Below are positions 29,992 to 39,219 of a DNA stretch of 64,000 nucleotides, piece after piece. Every line of letters starts with the position of its first letter. Positions within the stretch are counted from its first letter, which is position 1. The position numbers were made by a program, and so were the translations under genes. The notes beneath the pieces are model-generated. The model saw only the letters and a program-made list of their open reading frames with translations. It made no database searches and was not told the DNA's origin. The DNA is taken from positions 130,876-194,875 of the forward strand of contig DATKHC010000021.1 of the NCBI GenBank assembly GCA_035510465.1. The letters are read 5' to 3'. The DNA comes from Candidatus Saccharimonadales bacterium. GTDB taxonomy: Bacteria > Patescibacteriota > Saccharimonadia > Saccharimonadales > DATKHC01.

Positions 29992-30765
29992 ATGAAAATA
30001 TATGATAATTTCAAGAACAAAATCAAAGGCGTTGTTAGGTTATTAGATAAAAGGTACAGAGGCTTCCCAGTAGGCGTATTGGTTGGTATAGCCATAGTTG
30101 CAGGTACTTCGGCTTATGCAGCACCAATGCTTCTTAGTAGTAAGCCTGTAAGCAAGACCACAGACAGTAGCTCATCAGCCCAGCACCTGACACAAAGCAA
30201 TAACCCTAAGCAGCCTAACAATACTTCAAACAGCACCAACACAGGCACGACTACGCCCACTAACCAGTCAGGCAGCACCACCTCATCAAACTCAAAGTCC
30301 AGTAGTTCGCCAACAAGTAGCAGCTCGTCTTCAAGCTCAACAAATACGCCAGCGTCAAACACACCTACAAAGCCAACCCCTACGATTACAGGCATTTCTG
30401 TCGTCACATCATCAGGCGGTCAAACAGTGACAGTAAACTACCCTGTCTGTGATTTTCAGTCTATCAACAGTGGCACACCAGAGACTTGCTATCACTATGT
30501 ACCTCTGCCGTTCAGCCTAGTAGCAAAATACTCAGACGGCTCTACTGCACCTCTATCATGGTCAGACGCTACTGAGACATCACTTAGTTACGATATACCG
30601 AGACTGTTCAGTGTAGACGCTTCAAACAACACATTGCTAGAGGGCAACGGACTTCAATACTACAACTACCCTATGAACAGCACCGTTCCAATGAACATTA
30701 CATATCAGAGTTGGACTTACACCGAATACATCAATGTCATAATAAACAGTCTTTGGGGTAGTTGA
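29992..30765 (+). CDS. Membrane-anchored S/T-rich surface protein
   Basis: TM VGVLVGIAIVAGTSAYAAP followed by a long S/T/N-rich linker. The track begins at TTG 29986. Confidence 0.65.
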   Translation: MKIYDNFKNKIKGVVRLLDKRYRGFPVGVLVGIAIVAGTSAYAAPMLLSSKPVSKTTDSSSSAQHLTQSNNPKQPNNTSNSTNTGTTTPTNQSGSTTSSNSKSSSSPTSSSSSSSSTNTPASNTPTKPTPTITGISVVTSSGGQTVTVNYPVCDFQSINSGTPETCYHYVPLPFSLVAKYSDGSTAPLSWSDATETSLSYDIPRLFSVDASNNTLLEGNGLQYYNYPMNSTVPMNITYQSWTYTEYINVIINSLWGS

Positions 30766-30810
30766 TAAAGAAAGCTCAGTTGTTCAGCTAAAAAATTGTA
30801 TAGTTTTACT

Positions 30811-31476
30811 ATGACAAAGCGAAAAGCTAGTGTCTGGCAACGAGCCATGTACCTAACAAGTAAGCCAGACTTCATAGATGATATTTTAGCCATTAGAGAA
30901 AAGTTTAGTCTCCCCACTGACGGTTTTATCTCTGACGAGGCTGTTGAAGCATGGAGAGAAAAGTATATCTATTACAAACCAGTTAGCCCTGAAGATGATA
31001 TTGAAGACGGTATTGACCTAGCTGTTGCTCGGATTATTACAAAACCAGGGTATGAGCTATCGCCTGGCTGGCATAACTCTGTCAAACGCTTTTTGCTACT
31101 AAACAATGTTGAAGATATGCAACTACCAGTGAGTATTGGCAATCAGTTGGTTGAAGATAAAGTGACCAAACAGCTCACAATCCATATTGTCGTCTCCGAA
31201 GATACCAGCAAGCAAGATTACATTGATGAGTGGGAGAACATTGAGCGAATAAGAAGTATGCGACAACTAAAAACTCCTAAACAAAGGCGACTTGCACACC
31301 CTCATATACTTAGGCGTAAAAAATTGGCTTATGAGACTTGGGTGATAACTGGCTCTTATGAAGAGGCTGCAAAAGCAGTTATAGCAAAGTACCCAAAAGA
31401 GGTTGAAGTAAAAGGCTACAATTCAGATAGTGCAAAAACTGATATATCTAACTTCATAAAGCAAGCAGGTATTTAG
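30811..31476 (+). CDS. Hypothetical protein
   Basis: ORF with ATG at 30811 (the track starts at TTG 30796). No motif recognised. Confidence 0.55.
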   Translation: MTKRKASVWQRAMYLTSKPDFIDDILAIREKFSLPTDGFISDEAVEAWREKYIYYKPVSPEDDIEDGIDLAVARIITKPGYELSPGWHNSVKRFLLLNNVEDMQLPVSIGNQLVEDKVTKQLTIHIVVSEDTSKQDYIDEWENIERIRSMRQLKTPKQRRLAHPHILRRKKLAYETWVITGSYEEAAKAVIAKYPKEVEVKGYNSDSAKTDISNFIKQAGI

Positions 31477-31528
31477 TGCTGGCTTAAATAAACTTACCTA
31501 GCAACTGTATGAGCGTAAGTTGTAGGGT

Positions 31529-31711
31529 ATGTCACTTGTTAGGTCTAAGCCATCAAGAAGCGTTGAGGTTGATGAGAAATCATTCAAGACTAAACGCAAA
31601 GAAGACGCTCTTGAGCTTGCTCAAATCTTATATGACATCTTCAAAGAAAAGCAGGCTAATGATAAACTTAAAAATGGACAAAACAATGCACAACAAATCA
31701 CAAACAGTTAG
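31529..31711 (+). CDS. Micro-ORF upstream of the LSR (60 aa), candidate accessory factor
   Basis: ..ALELAQILYDIFKE.. shares the helix motif seen at 15265 and 55444. Confidence 0.4.
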   Translation: MSLVRSKPSRSVEVDEKSFKTKRKEDALELAQILYDIFKEKQANDKLKNGQNNAQQITNS

Positions 31712-31794
31712 TTTATTAGTATCAGTGGGAGCTTTCGTAGGCCTTGCATTGGCCTTGTCCAGGAAGCTCCCTCTTATATTAGTAAGGAGCTGTT

Positions 31795-33357
31795 ATGCCT
31801 AAACAAATACTAGCCATAGCATTGTGCAGAGTATCTTCTCTTGAGCAGTTACAAAGTCACAGTCTTGATAATCAAAAAGACAAAGTATTAAGAGCTGCTG
31901 AGGTACTTGGAGCAACCATACCTGCTGATGGTATATGGTCAGGTCATGTATCAAGTAAAAAGGGCGTGAACTATGACCGCAAAGACCTCAAGGAAATGCT
32001 TGAATACTGTAAGAAAACTCCAAATGTTAAGTACCTTATAGTTCAAGAGGTAGATAGGTTTATGAGAAGCCCTGATGAGCAGGTGTATTTCCAGGTCAAG
32101 TTTAGTGAAGAGGTGGGAGTTAAGATATGGTATGCCGATAAGCCTGAGCTTAATGAAGATAATATATATGCTGGCCTGATGAGGTACATGGAGGGGTTTC
32201 GTGCTGCTGGCAGCAATGATGAACGCCAAAGAAAATCAATCACAGGACAAACAAACGCCCTTAACGCTGGAAGATACCCATTTGCTCCAAAGCCAGGCTA
32301 TATTAGGGGGCATATTCCTGGCATACAAGAGCTTCACCCTGTTAGAGGCAAAATACTACAAGATACTTTGATTAGCATTGTTACTAAACGATTATCACCC
32401 ACTCAAGCTCTCATTAAGCTAAATGATAGCGAGTATATGCAGGGTCATTCTCCATACAAAATGGACAAGTTCAGGACTATCGTCACAGACCCTTTTTATG
32501 CTGGAATTGTTGAAATTGATAAACAAGTACAAGTCCGAAACGAAAACGGCTTGCATGAGCCACTGATAACCAAAGAGCAACACAACAAGCTACTTGAGAT
32601 TATGAACGCTAAGAAAAAGGTGCAAGCTGGCCCAAGAAAAGGCGGTAACCCTGAATACCCATTATCAAACCAAGTAAATTGTATTGAGTGCAGAGAGGCA
32701 AGGAATGGCCGACTTGTGGGCTACAAACATGGTAACGGCAAACCTAACTCAACGCTCGTGTATCACAAGTATCGCTGTCGGTCTTGTGCTAGATACCAGT
32801 CCAGAGAGGAACTTCACCCAAAAATTGCTCAAAAGTTCAATGAGAGGCCAGTCACTGATGGCGGTAAGCAAGACCTGTTAGAGGCGTTGAAGATAGTTTG
32901 GGAGCAAAATGAAAGCCAAGTAGAACAAGACATAAACCGCTTGCAACATAGCATTGACCAGCTTGATAGCTTTATTGAAGAGCGAGTAAATGCTGCAACT
33001 GACCCAAAGTACAGTGCGATTGCAACAGACATCATGAAGTTGGTAGAGAAAAAGAAGACCGAACGCTCAAAGTTACAAGAGCAGCTTTCAAACCTTACTA
33101 CAACGGCTGATGAAGATAATGAACGGTTTCTTGATTTTGCCTTTGATTATCTTAACGACATAGGTAAAAACTTCTTCAGCCCTGATGTGTCACTTGAAAA
33201 CAGATTGAGGTGTAAACAAGCTATATTTCCAGCAGGATTTTGGGTTGATAAAAATAGAAAAGTTTACACCCCTGAAATAAGCTATCTTTACAGATTGGCG
33301 GAAAAGAAAAAGGACGCCAGAGCGTCCAATAATTCCCTAATGGTGCGGCATAGCTGA
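31795..33357 (+). CDS. Large serine recombinase (integrated, C-terminally truncated form)
   Basis: 520 aa. AIALCRVSSLEQ motif, zinc ribbon CIECREA..YRCRSC and a coiled coil. It ends SLMVRHS*, 3 codons after the TGGTGC core. Confidence 0.9.
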   Translation: MPKQILAIALCRVSSLEQLQSHSLDNQKDKVLRAAEVLGATIPADGIWSGHVSSKKGVNYDRKDLKEMLEYCKKTPNVKYLIVQEVDRFMRSPDEQVYFQVKFSEEVGVKIWYADKPELNEDNIYAGLMRYMEGFRAAGSNDERQRKSITGQTNALNAGRYPFAPKPGYIRGHIPGIQELHPVRGKILQDTLISIVTKRLSPTQALIKLNDSEYMQGHSPYKMDKFRTIVTDPFYAGIVEIDKQVQVRNENGLHEPLITKEQHNKLLEIMNAKKKVQAGPRKGGNPEYPLSNQVNCIECREARNGRLVGYKHGNGKPNSTLVYHKYRCRSCARYQSREELHPKIAQKFNERPVTDGGKQDLLEALKIVWEQNESQVEQDINRLQHSIDQLDSFIEERVNAATDPKYSAIATDIMKLVEKKKTERSKLQEQLSNLTTTADEDNERFLDFAFDYLNDIGKNFFSPDVSLENRLRCKQAIFPAGFWVDKNRKVYTPEISYLYRLAEKKKDARASNNSLMVRHS

Positions 33358-33460
33358 CACATTGCAAACATCTGCAATAGAGGCTATTAACGATTATAAA
33401 CTAAAGCATCTAGCTGAACTTTTTGGCTTATCAGGCGAACTATTATCAATTAAAAAGTAA
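33341..33460 (+). other. Detached C-terminal tail coding segment of LSR 39220..40716 (att junction C)
   Basis: In the TGG TGC frame used by LSR 39220..40716 (..NLWCE*) it reads 39 codons: WCGIADTLQTSAIEAINDYKLKHLAELFGLSGELLSIKK*. Confidence 0.55.
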
Positions 33461-33464
33461 GTAA

Positions 33465-34250
33465 TTAGTTTACTCCACAGTTAATTTTATCAGCATAAAA
33501 ATCCTCAATTAGCCTCACGTCTTCATCTATATATTCAAGCATCATATGCAAGTCAACATCTAGCTCTCCATCAAATACGTTTTCCATTGCTCTAGGTGCA
33601 ATAACAGAGGCAGAGTTTGGATTATTATGCAGCGTCGTTGCATGGGCTGCCGCACATCTATATTTTTCATAGTACCGCTCTGCTGTAACCTGAACGACAT
33701 GATGATGATTGACTAAGTGGAGTATTAAGTTTCTATCACGACAGCCATGAAATGCTTCTAAAAAACGCCATGCGTTTAATAAACGCCATTCAGTTGTTAA
33801 TGTTGCATCTTTAGCCGCTCTGTATAGATGAAGTATTCTGGGCGGATTTTTTGGTTCATTAAGATAGTCTAGGTTAACTACAAATGCCTTACCCCCATTC
33901 ATAACATGCGAATCGGCGTCGTGAAACCATGCACCATCAAGCACATAGACCTTGTCTTTATACTTGCAAGTTATAGGTTTACTAAGATAGGCATCCGTCT
34001 GCGATGAGGCACATAGTACCGTTAATATCTCCTCAGTAAATATCAATGCCTGCCTCAATATAGTATTCTCTATAGCATTACTTCTTACGTTTATAGTTAC
34101 TTGTATGCCTTTTACCCCAGGGTATCTCTGCCCAGCCTCATCAACATTAAAATAGGTTGTATCACGAATAAATTTACCGCTGTCAAAGGTTGCGTTGCCA
34201 TCAATAGAAGCACTAATGTTTAATCCATAAAACTCTACCTCAGCAATCAT
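33465..34250 (-). CDS. Hypothetical protein with a possible HEPN-like Rx4H motif
   Basis: 261 aa containing ..EKYRCAAAHATT.. (R-x4-H). Otherwise unrecognised. Confidence 0.5.
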   Translation of the reverse strand: MIAEVEFYGLNISASIDGNATFDSGKFIRDTTYFNVDEAGQRYPGVKGIQVTINVRSNAIENTILRQALIFTEEILTVLCASSQTDAYLSKPITCKYKDKVYVLDGAWFHDADSHVMNGGKAFVVNLDYLNEPKNPPRILHLYRAAKDATLTTEWRLLNAWRFLEAFHGCRDRNLILHLVNHHHVVQVTAERYYEKYRCAAAHATTLHNNPNSASVIAPRAMENVFDGELDVDLHMMLEYIDEDVRLIEDFYADKINCGVN

Positions 34251-34391
34251 ATATTTACGTTACGCCTAAAAATATTTACTATCAATGTATCTAAGTTGTT
34301 TAGAGGATACTTATGCAAATAACAGAAAAAGAATATCAAGGCGAGCTATTAAGTAGCATGGATTAGCCTCGGATAATTCAAGCTCTTTTTA

Positions 34392-35723
34392 TCAATGTTT
34401 GTATAGTACCATTTGCCAGTGAACACCTCCTGGATTGATTGGTATTTCGCATAAATGGCCTGGTTTTTGTTGGTTGCACTGGCTAACATAATATTGATAG
34501 TTTAGATTTGGCAATGGTGCAATCTTCCACGAACTAGGTATTCCCATAGCCACAAACAAGACAATGAGACAGATGCAGACAATACGCATGATTATACTTT
34601 TAGCCGCCAACGCTACCCAGAGCAAGGTTACCAGCCAAACAAAAATAGGTATAAACCAATATCTCTGGCCTGCACCTGGGTCAATAAGAACTCCCCACAC
34701 ATCGACACCAGCTAAGGGGTGCAGTGAGAAAAGCACGGACACAAAAAGCAGTAATGAGTATAGATTTGCATACCTGAGCCAGCTCGGCCCTTTCCTGATG
34801 GCATAGGCAATGATAGCCAGAGCCACACCTAAGGCAATCCATAAATGAAGGCTGTTGTAGAAGTAAAAGACGTGTTTTACTCCAAAGATACTACCAGCGA
34901 ACACTTGCCCAACCATCATTTTTATCACATCAATCCATACTAGATGGTGGTAGTAACCTCGTTGGCCAGGCTCAATTATAAATAAGCTAATTAACTGAAG
35001 TAATGACGTGACGATAAGTACACCAAGATTTAACAGTGAATGACGTAGCCTGGTGTTAAACCATACAAGAAAAGCGATGATTACTAACGGAAAGGTAATT
35101 GGCCCTGTTAAGCCTGCAATCATAAGTACTACAACATCAAAAGCAACCCATAGTCGGCTTGTTGGTTTACTGGCAATCAGTAGTAAAAATGCGGCTATGG
35201 CAAAATGCCATTGTACGTTCGCTAGATTTACGAACACCTCCTGAGAGTTAATAGCTACATACAGTAGGCTAACCACTATAGCAATTAGCTGATACCTGAC
35301 AATTGGCTGCAAGCGTTTACTATTAAGTATAAATATAGGCAGCAATTGGCACGCTAGTGCTGATAAATTAAAAAAGAGAGGTGCATAGTTAAGCGGCAAG
35401 AATGTCGCTATATATGCTATTATCCGTTGAAATATAGAGAATGTTCCCGAATATGGTAAAAATAAGGTTGTACGAAGTCCATGATTGTAAGCACTCTGAA
35501 ACCAAGTAACACCATCTTCGGCCCAAAACTGTGCATGCGTAAAGGCTTCTGGTTTTCTCAAAATAATTACCAGAGTGCAAAGTGCCAGTACGCCGACTGT
35601 CAAAAGCAGCGGCCGTGAGGACAATTTTTTATCAAATTTGTCAATTTTTCTCTGTAGTTTAGTCAACCAATAGCCTGACCGTCCCCCTATGGTCTTACGA
35701 CTGGTTATTGCAGAACGCCTCAC
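34392..35723 (-). CDS. Large polytopic membrane protein (possible GT-C-type glycosyltransferase or polymerase)
   Basis: 443 aa with at least 10 hydrophobic helices. GTG start. Function inferred only from topology. Confidence 0.6.
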   Translation of the reverse strand: MRRSAITSRKTIGGRSGYWLTKLQRKIDKFDKKLSSRPLLLTVGVLALCTLVIILRKPEAFTHAQFWAEDGVTWFQSAYNHGLRTTLFLPYSGTFSIFQRIIAYIATFLPLNYAPLFFNLSALACQLLPIFILNSKRLQPIVRYQLIAIVVSLLYVAINSQEVFVNLANVQWHFAIAAFLLLIASKPTSRLWVAFDVVVLMIAGLTGPITFPLVIIAFLVWFNTRLRHSLLNLGVLIVTSLLQLISLFIIEPGQRGYYHHLVWIDVIKMMVGQVFAGSIFGVKHVFYFYNSLHLWIALGVALAIIAYAIRKGPSWLRYANLYSLLLFVSVLFSLHPLAGVDVWGVLIDPGAGQRYWFIPIFVWLVTLLWVALAAKSIIMRIVCICLIVLFVAMGIPSSWKIAPLPNLNYQYYVSQCNQQKPGHLCEIPINPGGVHWQMVLYKH

Positions 35724-35894
35724 AGTTCATCTCTGGTGTAATCTTTTAGTCTTTGAGCCATCACATCTTTCTGCACTTATCAGCCAGCTTTATATAAGCA
35801 AGCGTTATGTTATCAAATCTAGCACACCGCCTCTGCTATTGCTAACAGAATGTTAGTGGTTTGCCTGTTGCTATAAGGATAACGTTGAATTAGC

Positions 35895-36128
35895 ATGAAG
35901 CGAAATTCAACAGAGTTCAAAAACATGCGGATAAGACTTGGTAAACGTATTCAAGAGATACGCATTGAAAAAGGCATGACCCAAGAAAGTCTATCCGCTA
36001 TTTCGGGATTAGACAGAGTTTCAATTGGTTACATTGAACAGGGCAAACGTGCTGCAAGATTAAGCACTTTGCTGATACTCGCTAAAAGTCTCAAGGTAAA
36101 AATGGCTGACTTTTTTGACGGTTTCTAA
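35895..36128 (+). CDS. XRE-family HTH regulator
   Basis: 77 aa. MTQESLSAISGLDRVSIGYIEQGKRAARLSTL. Confidence 0.8.
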   Translation: MKRNSTEFKNMRIRLGKRIQEIRIEKGMTQESLSAISGLDRVSIGYIEQGKRAARLSTLLILAKSLKVKMADFFDGF

Positions 36129-36334
36129 TTCTGACTTTTCTTTAGCAACGTAGCAATATCTTCACGACGGTAACGTCTATCTCGGCGTGTGCCAAATCGC
36201 ACCGCCGTGAGGTAGCCTTTTTTGTCCCACGCTCTTAATGTATTTGGATGACAATTCAAAATCTCACTCGCTTGTTTGAGAGTTAGCAACTTAGGTTCTT
36301 TTTTCCCAGATTGTGGCATACTATAACTATACAC
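36125..36334 (-). CDS. Excisionase/MerR-type HTH protein
   Basis: 69 aa. LLTLKQASEILNCHPNTLRAWDKKGYLTAVRFGTRRDRRY. Confidence 0.7.
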   Translation of the reverse strand: MYSYSMPQSGKKEPKLLTLKQASEILNCHPNTLRAWDKKGYLTAVRFGTRRDRRYRREDIATLLKKSQN

Positions 36335-36359
36335 TACTTAACGGTGTGAGAGCGATGTG

Positions 36360-37415
36360 ATGACAAGGCCAATTGATAAGTTGCTGGAATTATATGAAAT
36401 GCTATCTGACCTACGGCTGGTTACGCCAGGTGCTAAGTTAATTCAGCTCAACCCGATTAAAGATATTGATGCTAAGAAGTTTGACCGTCAGACGCTTGAA
36501 TATCTGTTTGAGCTATTAGAAAGTGACTACAAGGTTATCACTGTACATACACGACCTGATTATAAGAATGAGTTTCATTACCGTTTTGAAATAAATGACA
36601 ACTTTGACGAAGTGTACAATCGTATTTACGTATCAGCAAAATTCGGTGTCGGTAACCTGGACTGGACATCACTTCTCAGAGTTTACGAAGTAGCACTAGA
36701 TATTAGCAGCCAGTTGAAATTCACGACATCGGACACTGTAACGCTTATAATCCCGCCTGTATCAAGTCGTTTTTTAGCATCTCTCGCTTTTGATACAATT
36801 CCAGCGTTTCAGGCTGGTTACGAAAACGGCATCAAGTTTCTGCAAGAACAAGGTGTACTCGCCTCATATAAAACTTATTATGACCTGGATAGAAGCTATC
36901 GTGTCACAGTTAATCACATCCATCGTCCTAAGTTTGATAGGCTGATACGATTGCTGGCAATCAAGCATAAAGAGTTAGCGGGTGTTTACAAGCAAAGTCA
37001 ACCCCCACCTACAGAGGGACAGCCAGACAAAAAAAGAAACGAACAGCTCAAGAAACTTGAAACTATTTATAATGACGCTAAAGACGGAAACAAAATATCG
37101 GGGCAAGAAACAAATGATGTGCACCCTCTAGTAAGGTTTGACACTAAGACAAGTGTGCTCGTATTCGGCGATAAAACGTGTGATATACCAGACGAAACGC
37201 TAGAGCATTATATCTGTAAGTTCGCATTTAAGAACCGCCGTGTTGCTGCAAAAGAGGATGACATATTAGAGAAGACCGTAAAAAGCCAAGACAGCCAACG
37301 TGCTGTTTATGATGCGATGCTTAGGGTAAATAAAAAGGCTCGTGAGCAACTTGGTATTGAAAAACTACTAAAATATAAAGCCGCAAAAATACGAATTGAT
37401 AAAAAGTATCAGTAG
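36360..37415 (+). CDS. Hypothetical protein
   Basis: About 351 aa with no motif recognised. Confidence 0.6.
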   Translation: MTRPIDKLLELYEMLSDLRLVTPGAKLIQLNPIKDIDAKKFDRQTLEYLFELLESDYKVITVHTRPDYKNEFHYRFEINDNFDEVYNRIYVSAKFGVGNLDWTSLLRVYEVALDISSQLKFTTSDTVTLIIPPVSSRFLASLAFDTIPAFQAGYENGIKFLQEQGVLASYKTYYDLDRSYRVTVNHIHRPKFDRLIRLLAIKHKELAGVYKQSQPPPTEGQPDKKRNEQLKKLETIYNDAKDGNKISGQETNDVHPLVRFDTKTSVLVFGDKTCDIPDETLEHYICKFAFKNRRVAAKEDDILEKTVKSQDSQRAVYDAMLRVNKKAREQLGIEKLLKYKAAKIRIDKKYQ

Positions 37416-37500
37416 TAAACTGTGAGTGAAGTGTGAGCCAGTTAGCGTCTAAGTTGGGTCATTAGCCCTAAAAGTAGTCTTACGTTGTAAGGCTATTTTT

Positions 37501-37725
37501 ATGTCTACAAATAACCAACCACAACCAACAGAGCCACAAGAACAAGCCGCAAATAAAGGCGTGGCTGTTAAGTTGAGTGCGGAAGCACTACATAACTTGG
37601 CTGGCTGGTTTGATGTGCTCATTCAAATGGACTTAGCGCAAAAAGTACGTAATGAAATAAGGAGTAAAAACGATGAAAAGGCTGATATTCAAGATGCTTC
37701 AAGTAAGTCTAAGGAAGTGCATTGA
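37501..37725 (+). CDS. Small hypothetical protein
   Basis: 74 aa. Contains ..LHNLAGWFDVLIQMD.., loosely like the LSR-associated micro-ORFs. Confidence 0.45.
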   Translation: MSTNNQPQPTEPQEQAANKGVAVKLSAEALHNLAGWFDVLIQMDLAQKVRNEIRSKNDEKADIQDASSKSKEVH

Positions 37726-37788
37726 CTGGCTAATGACCTGTTGGCTATGGGTTAATAAGCACGAAAAATCCTTAGAGGAATGTAAAAG

Positions 37789-38100
37789 ATGAAAGTAAGC
37801 GAAGTAAACATTGTGCCGATAAAGGCGGTTGATGGCTTAGTTGCCTTTGCCAGTTGTGTAGTAAATAACGAGCTGTATCTTGGCTCTCTAGGCGTGCATC
37901 GCCGCTTAGACGGTTCTGGTTATCGTATAATCTACCCGACTAAACATATCGGGAAACGTGAGCTGAACTACTACAATCCAATAACTAAGGAAGCAGGTAG
38001 CGTAATTGAGCAAGCAATCGTTGCTAAGTGCCGTGAACTTTTTGAAAGAAGTGATGAAAATTATGGTAGACACAGTAAAACTACTACTGCCAATCAATGA
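37789..38100 (+). CDS. spoVG: SpoVG-family protein
   Basis: 103 aa. MKVSEVNIVPIKAVDGLVAFASCVVNNELYLGSLGVHRRLDGSGYRIIYPTK follows the SpoVG pattern. Confidence 0.65.
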   Translation: MKVSEVNIVPIKAVDGLVAFASCVVNNELYLGSLGVHRRLDGSGYRIIYPTKHIGKRELNYYNPITKEAGSVIEQAIVAKCRELFERSDENYGRHSKTTTANQ

Positions 38101-39181
38101 GCCGATGATACTGAGCAAAGGGGCGTTTGAGCCGCTAACAGTCGGGCAACTGGTAGGCACTTGGGGTACAAGTAGAACATACCTGAACCCCTCGCCTACC
38201 TACGCCAAAATAGGTAAATATATGCCAAGATTGACACTTTACAGACGACCAACCAAGACAATGGGTATTGTTTATCAGTTATCGGTTGAGTTTTCAGCTC
38301 CAAAGATGCTATTCATGCAGAACTTTGATGAGCTGACGGAAGCAGACTTTGAGCCATTACTGAAAGCATTGCGGGAAGCACTGCATGAACTGACAGGTCA
38401 TCAGTTTTTCCCTCATCAGTTGGCTAACGCCGTTGTAGCCTCATGGCATCCGTCTAAGAACATAGTGTTTTTAGACTACACTTCATGCCAGACGATACTA
38501 AACACTATCGCCAAATTAGATATAAGCCGTATCTACGACTTACAGCGTACCAACTTCCGTGACGGGCATGTTGTACATATACACTGCAACTCACTAGATA
38601 TTGCCTTTTACGATAAGATGGCTGATTTACGCCGAGGCAAAGTAAGTGAAAAACGGGCATTTGAAAATGATAATGCCATTCAACTGAACTTACTTGAGCC
38701 GTTGCAGCACATTAGCCCGATTGAGGTACTTCGCTATGAGGTACGTTTTGTTGGCAGAAAAGCTATCAAGCGAGCTTACCCCGATATTGAAAATCAAACA
38801 TTTAAGGCATTGTTCAAGAAGCAACTAAGCCAAGATATATTGCTTAAGCATTGGAATAAAATAACTAGCTCCATAGATATGTTGTCTCTGGATGAACGCC
38901 GTCCTTACGAGCTGTTCCAAAACTACCTGATTGACAACCCAGACGCTACACCACAGGCATCTTTAGCAGCAACAGCGGCATTGCTCATAAACGGGCAAGA
39001 GGGCATAAGGAACTTCCGTAACCTGCTTGAGGCTCGCTATAACCCAGATGCTTGGTATCGCATCAAAAAAACGCTCAAGACACCGCAGCAGCACCGCTAT
39101 ACACACTTCCAGCATGTAGATGAAGCACTAAAACAATTCACGCCCACTCGCATGAGTGATTATCTAAAATATATTGAATAA
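38054..39181 (+). CDS. Hypothetical protein, possible replication initiator (weak)
   Basis: About 375 aa. The start is uncertain (ATG 38054 or 38063; the track uses 38006). The N-terminus VDTVKLLLP is reminiscent of phage/plasmid Rep proteins. Functional confidence is low. Confidence 0.55.
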   Translation: MKIMVDTVKLLLPINEPMILSKGAFEPLTVGQLVGTWGTSRTYLNPSPTYAKIGKYMPRLTLYRRPTKTMGIVYQLSVEFSAPKMLFMQNFDELTEADFEPLLKALREALHELTGHQFFPHQLANAVVASWHPSKNIVFLDYTSCQTILNTIAKLDISRIYDLQRTNFRDGHVVHIHCNSLDIAFYDKMADLRRGKVSEKRAFENDNAIQLNLLEPLQHISPIEVLRYEVRFVGRKAIKRAYPDIENQTFKALFKKQLSQDILLKHWNKITSSIDMLSLDERRPYELFQNYLIDNPDATPQASLAATAALLINGQEGIRNFRNLLEARYNPDAWYRIKKTLKTPQQHRYTHFQHVDEALKQFTPTRMSDYLKYIE

Positions 39182-39219
39182 ACTAGTAACTTATGTTAAG
39201 TTAATAAGGAGTAACCATT

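Larger units (their letters stand above)
26106..33348 (+). mobile_element. Integrative element E-D (~7.2 kb), bounded by TGGTGC cores, with LSR 31795..33357 at the right end and its detached tail at the left end
   Basis: See features 26106..26210 and 31795..33357. Cargo: HTH protein, SAM methyltransferase, 578-aa nuclease-like protein, SHOCT protein, S/T-rich surface protein. Confidence 0.6.

Noticed and set aside
35724-35760. TGGTG at 35733 as the left att site of the tRNA-Gly element
   Set aside because: It is only a 5-nt match with no tail-coding arm. The junction at 33341, with an intact in-frame tail, is a much better left end.
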